Shown here in pieces: positions 26,813-39,091 of a DNA stretch of 64,000 bases; the first letter of the stretch is position 1, and each line of letters begins with the position of its first letter. The translations under genes and the position numbers were made by a program. The notes beneath the pieces are model-generated. The model searched no databases and had not been told where the DNA came from. It was given only the letters and a program-made list of their open reading frames with translations. The stretch is from the NCBI GenBank assembly GCA_051294375.1, contig JBJCIZ010000239.1, positions 2,064,581-2,128,580 of the forward strand, in the 5' to 3' direction. The DNA is from Paraspadella gotoi. Taxonomy: Eukaryota > Animalia > Chaetognatha.

Positions 26813-27143
26813 CTGAACGCGATATTCGCCCCGGTCAGCGGCGAGATGTCGGAAAACTCGTTCGTACACAAAGCCTTCTTCACGTCGTCCGGACGAATGT
26901 AGTCTCTCGTCGTAACCCCGTACGTCGTCTCGCACGAGGCCGAGTAAAATTGGTACGGCTCCCACGTACAAGTCTCGCAACTCTGTTTGTATATGACGAA
27001 GGATTCCGGAACGGACGTGTGGAACCGAAGACGAACGTAGGTTATATCGAATGCTTTGCGAAGATTGAGCGTGAGATTGACAGAGTACGGATGCTGCACG
27101 TTCTGCAACATCGTTTCCGATTGCCACCAGGTCTCGTTGGAGT
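26813..27143 (-). CDS. LAMC1: Laminin gamma exon 3 (LN domain)
   Basis: DSNETWWQSETMLQNVQHPYSVNLTLNLRKAFDITYVRLRFHTSVPESF...CTNEFSDISPLTGANIAF; AG/GT bounded, 331 nt. Confidence 0.95.
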
Positions 27144-27754
27144 CTGCGTTATTTTGTGTGCGTGTGTGTGAGTGGGAGGGGGGAGGAAAGAGGGGGGTGA
27201 AAGTTGTGATTAGTTTGGGGTTACGATGGGGGAGGGCAGAGAAAAAGGATAAAATGTGAACTGGGGATAATGTTTCATAGGTCTTATGACCGCTGAATGA
27301 CAAATTTGATGCTTTCTTATTTTACAGGTCAGGCTCTCACGCCTATCTGTATCTCTAATTGTTTTGTTTTTATCGTAAGACTGGGTATTTACAGCTCACC
27401 ACTGCCGAATATTTTATTGATAGATGGGTTAAAAAATTTAAAAAAAAACAAAAAAAAAACAACAACAAAACAAACCATAATTAAAAATAAAAAAAAATTT
27501 CAACAATCCAAAAATCCCCCCCAAAAAATTGTAACTTTAAATATTTTCTACCGTTTTTGCTAATTTTTATTGACAAAACATGAAAATTTAAAGTTGTAAT
27601 AATAAACATTATCAGAATATGATAAAAAAAATTGTTGTACTCGGACAATTTAAAATAGCTTCTCTGCCTTCGATCTTTTACAGACACTTTAATAATTTCT
27701 TTGCAGAACATCTTCGATTTTTCAAACCGTACCTCCTCGGCACTCGCTACTAAC

Positions 27755-27945
27755 CTTCCCTGGAAAAGTCCGTCAAGAACTTCGCCGGGTGCGCCCTCTT
27801 CGCGTCCCGCGAATCGCAAACGTCGCACTCTTTCCTCGCGCCAGTGACGCCCGTTTGACGGCAGAATTCGATCGGTGGAGATCCGCAGGTGTTGGTCGCT
27901 TGCACCTCCGCGTTGAAGGCCGCGTTGACGAAGGAAGGGATGCAT
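27755..27945 (-). CDS. LAMC1: Laminin gamma exon 2 (LN domain)
   Basis: AG/GT bounded, 191 nt: CIPSFVNAAFNAEVQATNTCGSPPIEFCRQTGVTGARKECDVCDSRDAKRAHPAKFLTDFSRE; phases fit both neighbours. Confidence 0.93.
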
Positions 27946-28004
27946 CTGTTCCGGGGGTTTGGCGCGGGTGGAGAAGAGCAAAGACGTTTTCAATTAAACT
28001 TTAA

Positions 28005-28165
28005 TTAAACTTTAATATTAATAAAGTAATATTAAGTAATATTGAGTGATATTAAGTTTCAATATTGAAGTTTAAATACTTTAAATATAAAAGTTTCAAT
28101 ATTAAGTTTCATTATTAAAGTTTCAATATTAAGTTTCAATATTAAAGTTTCAATATTAAATTTTC
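28005..28165. repeat. AT-rich tandem repeat of about 13 bp (AATATTAAGTTTC); copy at about 10690-10830
   Basis: Directly visible. Confidence 0.85.
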
Positions 28166-28924
28166 AGCTGTATGTCGGTTCCTTATCGACAGAATTTTTA
28201 GGCTGCTACTCAATCACACGCCCAATGGCTAAGAAGCATTGTTCTTTCCCCTTCGCCTCAGCGATTTAAAAAACATAGAAAAGGAGTGAAATAAATCACT
28301 GTTTATTATATTTATTGTTTAAATTGTATTACTATTTATCACTGCTTATCATACTAGTGATGCCAATATCACTCTGGGAGTTATTGAACTAAACTTCACC
28401 CATCATAGCCTGTCCAAAGTCAGGAGGCAAAAAGGCTTGTTGGAGGGACGAGATACACACGAGTTGTGGTCATAAATTTTAGAACCCGCTCTGCAATTTT
28501 TTGGGCAATAGAATTGGTCGAAAATCTCATTTCCACCCGATACACTTTTCAGGCAGACGCAAATATTCCCGACAGTAGATTTTTTTTCCCCTGGTAAAGA
28601 ATTCCTTAAATGGATCACAACGTCAACTCCGTTTCAATATTTATTGTTCGTTCCCCCTTTGAAAAAAAAGTTGAAATTCTCTCTCCAAATCTCTAAATCT
28701 AATTAAATAACGAAAATATTAATAACTGGAAAATGGTTTGGGCCGGGAATTTTTGAGAGGCAAAGTGAAATAAATCGTTTTTTTTTTAGCAAAAAAAAAA
28801 AAAAAAAAAACCTGAGATTTTTATTTCAAATTTTTCCACCCAAAATTTAATTCTTTGATTTTGAATATTATATACCGGAGGTGATTGGTTTAAGAGCATA
28901 AATAAAAGAGTCGAAAGATATGGC

Positions 28925-28996
28925 TCCCATGTGGTCTAGTGGTTAGGATTCGGCGCTCTCACCGCCGCGGCCGGGGTTCGATTCCCCGCATGGGAA
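28925..28996 (+). tRNA. tRNA-Glu(CTC), intronic
   Basis: 72-nt cloverleaf with TCCCATG/CATGGGA stem, loop CTCTCAC and GGTTCGATTCC. Confidence 0.93.
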
Positions 28997-29410
28997 ATTT
29001 CAAAATTTTGAAACGTTATAGTTCTTTTAAAATGTAAGTTATCCTGCCCCTAAATTGGAACAAGCTGTGGTGGTTTAAACCAAATGAAAGGTATACATAA
29101 TATTTTAAAAAAATGTTTCAATTGTATACTAAAAGGACCATTCCCTTATGTAAGGAAGTCATTCCATTAAAAATCAATTTGGACTTTTTTAAAAAGCTGT
29201 GCATTGTTATTTATTGTTTAAAAACGGATTCTCAAATTCCCTTCTGCCCTCTGAGCCCAATTTTTTTCTGGTTTCTATAAATCGGCGCGACGTTTCTTAA
29301 AAAAACAAAAAAACAAAAACAACTAAACAAAACAAAAAAAATAAAAGAATTCTCTTTTTTTAACTTTTAGGTCTAAAAGTCATTGGCTCTGGGAAAAAAG
29401 GACGGTGTTA

Positions 29411-29791
29411 TTTTCCCAGAACGCCCAATTTTAACTTATATTCGGAATTAGGTTCATTTTTTTTTAGTTAAAGACTAAATTAAAGGTTAGGGTTAAGAAT
29501 TAGGTTGAGGATTAGGATCAGGATTAGGTTAATGATTAGATTAAGGATTAGGTTAAGGATTAGATTAAGGATTAGATTAAGGATTAGATTAAGGATGAGG
29601 TTAAGGATTAGGGTTGTGATTGAGGTTAATGACGATTTAAGTTAAAGACTAGTATTTGAAATTAAGGATAAGAAGTTTAGGATTAGGTTAGGGTTATCAA
29701 TTAAGGTTAGGGATTAGGGTTAGATATTGATTTATAAGTTTAAAAATATATTTTTAAAAGTTTTTAAGGTTAAAATTAAGTTCTGGGAAAA
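29411..29791. mobile_element. MITE-like element with imperfect TIRs and a TTAGG(G/A)-rich interior (copies near 12116-12504 and 31398-31782)
   Basis: Left end TTTTCCCAGAACgccCAATTTTAAC versus the reverse complement of the right end, TTTTCCCAGAACTTAATTTTAAC. A related copy lies at about 20465-20648. Confidence 0.6.
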
Positions 29792-30355
29792 ACTAGCAAA
29801 AAGTGGGAGCTCTCGGAAAAGAGAGCCCGACATTTAAGTCGCTTCGGTTCCGCAATCGACAGGAAAAGAACTTGGGAAGTCCCTTGTTCTTTTATTTTTT
29901 TTTTTAGTTTGTTTTTCTTTTGAAAGAGGGCGGTAAAGGGGGGCGGAGGAGGGGGGTGGAGAGAGAGAGTTGCTGTGGGAGAGAGAGAGATTTCTATTTT
30001 TTAGGTGAAATGTGTAAATGAGATTTTGAAGAGAATGAAAAAAAGGGGAGAGGCGGAAGAGAAACAGGGTGGCTTTTGAATGGAAGGAAATAAGGAAAGA
30101 AAGAAAGAAAGAAGGAAAGAAAGAGAGACAATGTTAAAAATAAAGAGAGAGAAGAAAGAAAGAAAAAAAAGTATTATTAAGTAAGGAAAAAAAGAAAGAG
30201 AGAAAGAAAGTAGGAAAGAAGGATAAGAAAGAAACTGTAAATCTTGGGTTCTCTCAGAATTTTTTTACTTCTTCAATCTCTCTCACAAAGAGGGTGTGCG
30301 AATTCTAACCCTAAACGCAAACTTTGTTCCNNNNNNNNNNNNNNNNNNNNNNNNN

Positions 30356-32086
30356 CATAGCCTGTCCAAAGTCAGAGGCAAAAAGGCTCTGTTGGGAGGG
30401 ACGAGAATAACACACGAGTTGGTGGTCATAAATTTTTAAGAACCCGCTCTGCGCATTTTTTGGGCAAAAGAATTGGTCGAAAATCTCATTTTTCCACCCG
30501 ATACCACTTTTCAGGCCAGACGCAAATATTCCGACAACGTAGATTATTTTTTTCCCCTGGTAAAGAATCCTTAAATGGATCACAACGTCAACTCGTTTCA
30601 AATATTTATTGCTTGTTCCCCTTCGAAAACCATATGAACAGTTGAAATTCTCTTCTCAAATCTCTACAATCTAATTAAATGACACGAAAATATTAGTAAC
30701 TGAAAATGGTTTGGGGCGGGAATTTGCAGAGGGTCAAAGTGAAATATAAAATCCGCTTTTTTTTTTAGCAAAAAAAAAAAAAAAAAAAAAACCTGCAGAT
30801 TTTTATTTCAAATTTTTCCAGACCAAAAAATTTAATTCTTTGATATTTGAATATTATATAATCGGGAGTGATTATGTGAAGCATAAATAAAAGAGTCGAA
30901 GATATGGCCCCATGTGGTCTCAGTGGTTAAGGATTCGGCGCTCTCAGCCAGGCGCGGCCGGGGTTCGATTCACCGCATGGGAAATTTCCAAAATTTTGAA
31001 ACGTATAGTTCTTTTAAAATGTTAAGTTATCCTGCCCCTAAAATTGGAACAAGCTGTGATGGTTTAAACAATGTAAAAGGTATCAATAAATTTTAAAAAA
31101 ATGTTCAATGTATACTAAAAAGACCATTCCCCTTATGTAAGGAAGTCATTCCATTAAAAATCAATTTGGACTTTTAAAAAGCTGGTGCATTGTTATTTAT
31201 TGTTTAAAAACCGGAATTCTCAAATTCTCTTCTGCCTCTGAGCCATTTTTTTCTGGTTTCTATAAATCGGCGCGACGTTCTCTTAAAAAAACAAAAAAAC
31301 AAAAACAACTAAACAAAACAAAAAAAATAAAAGAATTCTCTTTTTGAACTTTTAGGTCTAAAAGTCATTGGCGTCTGGGAAAAAAAGGACGGTGTTATTT
31401 CCCAGAACGCCCATTTTAAACTTATATTCCGGAATTAGGTTAATTTTTTTTAGTTAAAAGACTAAATTAAAAAGGTTAGGGTTAACGAATTAGGTTGAGG
31501 ATTAGGATCAGGATTAGGTATGATTGATGTAGGGATTAGGTTAAGGATTAGATTTAAGGATTAGATTAAGATTAGATTTAAGGATGAGGTTAAGGATTAG
31601 GGTTGTGATTGAGGTTATGACGATTTAAGTTAAAGACTAGTAATTTGAAATTTAAGGATAAGAAGTTTAAGGATTAGGTTAGGGTTATCAATTAAGGGTT
31701 AGGGATTAGGGTTAGATTTGATTAATAAGTTTAAAAATATATTTTTAAAAAGTTTTAAAGGTTAAAATTAAGTTCTGGAAAAAAACCTAGCAAAAAGTGG
31801 GAGCTCTCGGAAAAGAGAGCCCGACCTTTAAGTTCGCTTCGGTTCCGCAATCGACAGGAAAAGAACTTGGAGTCCCTTGTTCTTTTTTTTTTTTTTTAGT
31901 TTGTTTTTCTTTTGAAAGAGGCGGTAAAGGGGGGCGGAGGAGGGGGGTGGAGAGAGAGAGTTGCTGTGGGAGAGAGAGAGATTTTCTATTTTTTAGGTGA
32001 AATGTGTAAATGAGATTTTGAAGAGAATGAAAAAAAGGGGGAGAGGCGGAAGAGAACAGGGTGGCTTTTGAATGGAAGGAAATAAG
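30356..32086. repeat. Duplicate of intron-1 segment 28404-30093; continues after the LTR element at 39097
   Basis: Starts CATAGCCTGTCCAAAGTC immediately after an N gap and repeats the tRNA-Glu and MITE. Confidence 0.9.
30908..30983 (+). tRNA. tRNA-Glu(CTC), error-rich duplicate
   Basis: Same gene and flanks, with several indels. Confidence 0.55.
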
Positions 32087-32456
32087 TGTATATAATATTT
32101 TAATTAGCCCTCCAATTTAGTAATTAACTTTCGTTCAAATTTTTGTCTCTCTAATTTTCTCAGCTTCCAAGTTTAATATTTCATAGATTCCCAGGAACTC
32201 AACGCTATGTTTGTAAACATTTGTCTAAGTTAGAATAACAAAGGAGAGAGACGAGAGGGAGGGAGATTTAGTACATTCCATCTTTTAGATCTCAGGGATT
32301 AAGACGCCAATATTTTATCACTGTTTAAATTTTCTAAATCACTTTGGCATCTACAATTATTTCAGGTAACTTCAAAGACTTAACACTAGTCAATTATGTG
32401 ATTACTAGGCTCTCTATCCGTACCTTTTGAGGGGCCACAGACCACGTTACGCAACA
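32087..32456 (+). repeat. 5' LTR
   Basis: Begins TGTA; shares CATAGATTCCCAGGAACTCAACGC, GGAGATTTAGTACATTCCAT and GGCCACAGACCACG with the 3' LTR. End uncertain by about 3 nt. Confidence 0.9.
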
Positions 32457-33498
32457 GGTGGCCAGCGTTGTTTCGCTAAACGGACAGCCTCGAGTTATCT
32501 GTGCGTACGGATATTGTGTTTTTGTCGAGTTTGATAAGGGGGTAATATAAGATTTTTTCTTTTCCTATAAAAAATGCATTGTAACAGTGACAGGTAATTT
32601 TTTTCTTAAAACGTTTGGGTGTATTTTTTTTTTTTTTTTTTTTGTTTTATTTTAGCCCTCTCTGACAAGTTAAATATGATTTATGATGGAAAAGAAACAA
32701 TTTTTTGGATGTTTCTTACTCAGCGAAAACCAAAAATTAACCTAAAGGCCAATAAATAGATACGCTTTCTTAATAATGTCAGTTGAATTCATGTCAACTG
32801 GCTAGACCGAATATTTTTATTTTTCACCACATCACTCGAGTCAAGTCATGCGAAACAGCGATTTATGAGTTTTCTTTCCTTGAAATCCTCATCATAGATT
32901 ATCTTTCAACCGACTCGCAAAAGAAATATTTTATTTTCATGATTAAACAATTCTTTCTTTCGAATTTTCGAGCATCTATTGCGACTGGAGGATCGACCGA
33001 TGGAAAATAAATTCACTAAGTTTTCGACTTTTGACTGGACAGAAATGATTTTACCCCTAATTGTAAAAAGAATTAAGTGGTAAACGAGTGTGATCTATGT
33101 TTAACGAATTTTCGACGTTTTTGGTTAATTAATTTATTTTCTCTCAGTCCTTTATTTAAATTATTTTTCGGCATGAAATTTTTTTTCGTTTAATTTTTAC
33201 GGTTGAAACGAACATGTATTTGGGTAACAAAGATAGTAAGCACGAGGGTTACAAGCAATTTGGAATGGGTCGACATAATGAGTTTGAAGACATAATTTTT
33301 CCTTCCTTAGGCGGAGGGGAAAGCGTACCTAAAGAAATAAAAAATTATTTGAGTAAAAGGAATTAATACTATTTCGATGTGCAAGGAAACAGAACGCGTT
33401 AGGATTTCGATTTCGATTACGGATTTCACGGAGTATTCGCGACTGCTCTCTTACGACGAATATAACATCACTACAAAATTTAAAACAAACAAACAAAA

Positions 33499-34272
33499 AT
33501 GTCTTCTCGCGATGAATTTTTTAGATCACGTAACCGCACCCGCAAGAGAAGAATGACGTCGTGCAACGTGCGCGCGCAGTCCATGGGAACGCCGTTGGGG
33601 GAGGATGGATACGGAAAGTGCAGAGTGTCTGAGCATCATGCGGAGCACACGAAAGACTGGATTGAAATACAATTTTATAGCACGAAACCGGCGACCGATC
33701 GTGACGAAGAGACACGAGACGCGAGTTGATCGAGAACATTTAACCACTATGGCTGCCTTCAATGGCTCCGCGATCAAGGGCGGTCGATGTGGGAGATGAA
33801 CGTCGAGTATGATTTCCGCTCTGAGATTGCGCTGGCCAGAACGACACGAACGCAGGCACACCACCGCTTTCGACGGGACGAAACGACGGGAGACCTTCTT
33901 TGCGAGGTTGAGGCCAGACTGAGGTGGAACGCGTGCGTTGGAGAACCGCGGCGCCGCGACTGTTACATTTTCCGACGCAATACTGCGGCAACGATCGACC
34001 AGTCCTCCGCCGCCGAGAAGACCGCACGACTATTTCCGCGCTTCGGCGGCGAGCTATTTTGGTCGCCTGGATCCATGAATTTCGCTCTGATTCGAATCCC
34101 GGAATGCAACAACAGACGATCATGCAGGAAATTTAGGCGTCGGAGGGCGTGGCGACGCGAACGGAACCATTTCCGGGAAGCAGTTTTCGAACGTCTTTGG
34201 GCTTATCGAATGCTTCTGCATGCAAGCCGCCGCAGCCGCGCCAAGGATTTGCTTTCGAGAGTCTGCGCCTGA
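33499..34272 (+). CDS. Orphan GC-rich reading frame inside the LTR element (258 codons, one in-frame TGA at 33727-33729); product unknown
   Basis: ORFs 33499-33729 and 33787-34272 share a frame, and the 19 codons between them are open. The ATG follows AAACAAACAAAA and the frame forms a GC island in AT-rich flanks. No family recognised. Confidence 0.45.
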
Positions 34273-35199
34273 CGGGTTCGATAGCACCACTTTCTTTTTT
34301 AAACTTTTATTTTATTTATTATTAACGCGAATGGTGATGCTGACTATTTAGTGAAGATTTTAATATCGATTTTTCTGGAAAAAAAAAACGTTTTTCGGCT
34401 TACTTCGAATCCTCATACCAAATTAAGAACGGGTTTCTGTCCGACTATTGTCAGGTGGTGACACAATAATCGAATTTATCATAAAGTTAAAATTTTTGCA
34501 GCGAAATCGACGATGTGTGTTCCAGAACTCAGTCACTCTGACTTTAAAAAATAAAAAAATGGAAATAAACGTTTTTTTGGCGGCATAGTGATGGTGAATG
34601 AATGTCCGATATTTATTAGGTATGTGATGTGAAGGCATTCAATGACAGTATGATTATGAAAAAATTATTTAAAAATAAAAGGTAAAGGGTTACCTTATCG
34701 TTCTCCAAGAGAAGCTGGACAGACCGAACCGAAACCGAAAATAGAAATTTTTTAAATTTATGTTTTGTCGACTCTAGAGTAAGTTTCATACTGGCTTAGT
34801 AAAGATATAACATTATTGTCGTTTAATTACCGTCAACTTTTAAATGCCCGCCGATCAAATTATCGAGAAAGTTTGGAACCGAGCGAAACGAAAATTAGAA
34901 AATTAGAAAATGTCAGAGGCTAAAAATATTTTCGCGATATTATTATTATTAGAAATACACAGGGTGAAGGTTATCCCTACGGCAAAAACTTTTCCTCTGA
35001 GGAGAAAACGAAATGAAATGAATTTATTTTTGAAAGGGGGAAAAGAGGCCCTTGTAAAAATATTAATAATCTAAAATAATTCAGATGAGTCAAAAATCTT
35101 CCCTTATAGAAACTTTGGGCCTGGATCGAAGGTGGAATCCGCTGCTACCTCAGGGGTTGAAACTCAGAAGCAAAACGATCCGCCTGCAGGATGGAGTGT

Positions 35200-35365
35200 A
35201 CAAAAGGTAAAAGGTTTGTGAGAGGTTCCAAAGGTAAAGGTTTGCGAGAGGTTTCCAAGGTAAGGTTTGCGAGAGGTTTCCAAAGGTAAGGTTGCGGAGA
35301 GTTTCCAAAGGTAAAGGTTTTGCGAGAGTTTTCAAAGGTAAGGTCTGCGAGAGGTGTAAATGGTA
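35200..35365 (+). repeat. Minisatellite of about 26-28 bp inside the LTR element
   Basis: About 6 copies of AAAGGTAAAGGTTTGCGAGAGGTTTCC. Confidence 0.85.
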
Positions 35366-36801
35366 AAGACTAAATGGTGAGCATCGGAGCAATGCTTCCT
35401 GCTGCTGTAAATATATATATCTATTAAAACGATACAAAAAGAAAAGGTACGATAAAACGTCACTTCGACCGATGATTTATTACAGAAGAAAAGTTGTAGA
35501 TAAACGTCAACTTCCGACTGATGATTTTTAGCAAAACAAACCGAAACTCGAGATGAAGAAGTCGAGTTCAAGAATGTAGGAATTGCAACGCTTTCACAAT
35601 TAGGAAGCGAAAGAATTCTAAATTAACAAAACGACTTCGACCAGAATACAGGTGGAAATTCTTGATGATAAATAACGATAATCTCGGCGCGAAAAGCGAA
35701 CGCTTTACAATTAGAGTCACAATGACTTAACGATATTATCGACACATCTCGCTTTTCAAAATAAATATCAGCAAATTAATTTTTTAGGTTATTTGTAAAG
35801 GAAAATGGAAAGGTCGATAATTATATTAGTCGATACTAAACAATTGAATCGAATATGGCCGAGAAAGTACATACCACAGATTACGGGACATTGTAATTAA
35901 TATACTGCGTTTTTAAATTAATGTCGACAATGTACATACGGCTGGAATGAGACGACGAATCATGAACGCAAATCCGAAGTTGGTCATGTTTGTGTGAGTT
36001 ATAAACATAAAACCGCAGTGAAAGAAAAACCTGCGACTAAAATGGTTCGCGCCGAGACAAATCTATTCCTGCGTCTGTTGGGCGCGATAACAAACCAAGA
36101 GGGTTTAATATATATTCTCAGCCCAGAGACGCTTATAGTACGAGAATTTTCTTAATACGCGATAAAATCTACTTCCTGAAGATGTCGCTCAGCATTCTGA
36201 AATATTTGAATCTCACGGAATTTTGGGATTGCGTTTCGAATCGATGGTAACAATGTGTAACTCAAACGAAAAGTTTGATGCGAACTAATTTTGGAAAACA
36301 TTGGGGTACAAAGTACAACCAAAGTACGTACGTCAGTAAGATCATATCACGTAACTACGGTACGAGTTGAAATAAATTGTCTGATTCAAATTTTGAAATG
36401 GTTGATAGAACCCGACTTACGAAAAGTGGTCGACATTTTGAAGAAAGTCGAACTCTCCATAAACATGAGTCCTGCGTCTGTAAGCGGGAACATTCCAGGT
36501 AACCGGAAACCACGCCGATGAAGTCTTGGAGAGAGTGGGAACCGAGATGTATAAAGTACAAAATATTATTGATAATACTGAAATATACTGCCCATCATTG
36601 TAAAATTATTTGTTCTCAAACATTTTATCAAGGGAACGGGCTAAGGCAAGTCATTATTATAAATTCATGGGGATTAATATGCTAAATCGAATCAGTGAAA
36701 ACATTTATAAATAAATGCTTCGCGTATGACCGTATTTAGTAATCATTTTAATTAACAGCATCTTACGGGCGACGTTTGAAAGTAAACACAGACTCGTGAG
36801 C

Positions 36802-36850
<49 letters not shown>

Positions 36851-38720
36851 TCGGTCGTAAGTCGCCTCTATCGTTTTATTTCGATTTTCTGGAGATCCAA
36901 TGCTAATTTAACTGAATTATACGAATCTATTATTGAAAATGTTAATGTCGATCGACAGCACCTTGAAAAGGTTGGACAAATTGACAATACACCTGAAGTA
37001 ACTGCAAGGAACGGAAGTTTAGGGGAACTCGTCGACCGACTGCTGTTCTGCGATAACTGATCAGCAATTTCCAAAGAACGACCGATTTGTTAAGGAAATG
37101 TGGAGTAGCTAAAAGTCTCGTAGGAGACTATTGATTTAAGTTGATGCGATCGAAAAGCGAAAATTAAAATTAATAATCAAAGTTTAATTCAAATCGTTAA
37201 TAACGATAAATATTTGATATGATGAACGAATTGAGGAATGAACATGCCATGTTGTCATGTTGCGATCGAAAGTCAATCGACGAGATACATGGTTTGACAA
37301 TTAGAAATATGAATATTAAATTATTTGGATCATTAATAATTAATAGAACCTAAACTAAGACGGTGTTTACATTGAAATAAATTCGAAATGGGTTTACTAA
37401 ACTTTGGATGACTTCCGAGGTCGGCGCGATTTGTTTTTCGATTTGCGCTGCAGGCGCGACCGGACGCCTTCTTATTCTGTTGCAATGATTGAGCAGAGTA
37501 CAGGGAACCGACAAACGGATACTTGGAAACTTGAACGACCATAAAATCAATAATTTGTTTGCACATTTTACTTCAAATATACGCTGTTTGCACGAATCTG
37601 TTCGCACTCTGTCATTTCGACTTAAATTGATTTTTGCATGTTTCGGCACTGAATTATATTGGCACTTCCTCTTACTGACAAAACATTACGATGACATTGT
37701 GGGCGACGATGCGATGATGGCAAATGCCAGACAGACAGTTGACAATGCAACAAGAACGACGCAAGTAAAAGAAGTAGAAATGGGTCGGGCTGAGTGTAAA
37801 TGGCGCCGCAGACTGAACGAACGGACGAAAGACGGCGTCGAACTCGAAACAAAGTTCGGAGTTGTCCGCTTGTCCGCGACCCGCGCGTTAAAAAGAAGAC
37901 GTGCCCGCGGAAGGACCGCTTGCGGCACTCGATGGCCTCAGCGAAGTTGGAGGTGCCGCATAACTGCTTTGAGACAAGGGGAAGGCTCAAAGCACGTCTG
38001 AGCTCGGCCTTTGAAAGGCTGGAAAGAAACAAAATGGCGATCACGAAAATCATTCTTATTAATATTATCTATTTAGGTGAAAATAAAGAATTATGTTATC
38101 GGAAACTCAATTTAATTTTTGAATTTATAAATATAATTTTAAAAATTTATGAAAATATTAATGACGAAATTCCCTTAATTTATAGATTTGCTGAACTGAC
38201 GTTCACGTTACCATTTTTAAGGTATTGAGGGAGCAGGAGAGGCAGGGAGTGAGTTCTTAATATGAATATTGTGAACCGGATGAGATCGATTAAATTGGAA
38301 TTTGATGTTTTGAGAAAAGATATCGAAAAAAAGATCAAAGTGAGAGTGATTTGGGGCCGTGAATGACTGCCATATTTTTGGGTGGAAATGTTTGTTTGAT
38401 GTTTGTTTACAATATTTCGGTTTCTCATATAAATATATATTATACTATTAATTTCATTTTAGTTCGAATCTGTGGCCGGGCAGTTTCGCTATTTATAACA
38501 AGTTTTATTTTTGTTACGTTTTTTCATAAATTAGACTGCAGGCGCAGATTTATTTTTGTTCTTAATTCTACTTTCCGCCATTTAGCTATTGTGATCAAAT
38601 TGTAATAACTGTTATAACATTAGATATTTGTACACTGCCTATACATGTGATCATTTTGTACCACTGTTTAGCTTACTCATTTATTTGCCATTTAACAAAA
38701 TTTTGTTTTGGGGGGGGAGA

Positions 38721-39091
38721 TGTTAGTAATATTTTAAACTTAGCCTCCAATTTAGTAATTAAATTCTCCGTATAAATTTGTCTCTCTAAATTTTCTTCAG
38801 TTCCAAAAGTTTTAATATTTCATAGATTCCCAGGAACTCAACGCCTATTTTGTAAACATTTTGTCTAAGTAGAATAAACAAAGGAAGAGCAGACGAGAGG
38901 GAGGCCGGAGATTTAGTACATTCCATTTTTAGATTCTCAAGGGAATTAAGACGCAATATTATCACTGTTAATTTTCTAATACAACTTTGGCAATCTACAA
39001 TTATTTCAGGTACTTCAAAATTAACACTAGTCAATTATGTATTATCTAGCTCTCTATCCGTCCCTTTTGCGGCCACAGACCACGGTTACCA
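38721..39091 (+). repeat. 3' LTR
   Basis: Starts TGTTAG right after the PPT and ends GTTACCA before the TSD. Confidence 0.9.

Larger units (their letters stand above)
32087..39091 (+). mobile_element. LTR retroelement, apparently non-autonomous, in laminin intron 1
   Basis: Direct repeats of about 370 bp at 32087-~32456 and 38721-39091 with TG..CA ends. TSD ATAAG at 32082-32086 and 39092-39096. PBS-like GGTGGCCAGCGT at 32457-32468; PPT GGGGGGGGAGA at 38710-38720. Empty site seen near 30090 and 12803. Confidence 0.92.

Noticed and set aside
25693-27303. 536-aa ORF and other X-filled ORFs (51236-51706, 52442-53259)
   Set aside because: They read through N gaps; only the laminin exon portions are real.
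33510-33780. Resemblance of ARAVHGN.. and GCLQWLRDQG to giant-virus repeat or ankyrin-like motifs
   Set aside because: Single short matches in different frames with no repetition; not supportable without a profile search.
37686-37720. HYDD / IVGDD as an RT or RdRp catalytic motif
   Set aside because: Not YxDD, and no upstream motif A/B is visible; too short to support a polymerase.
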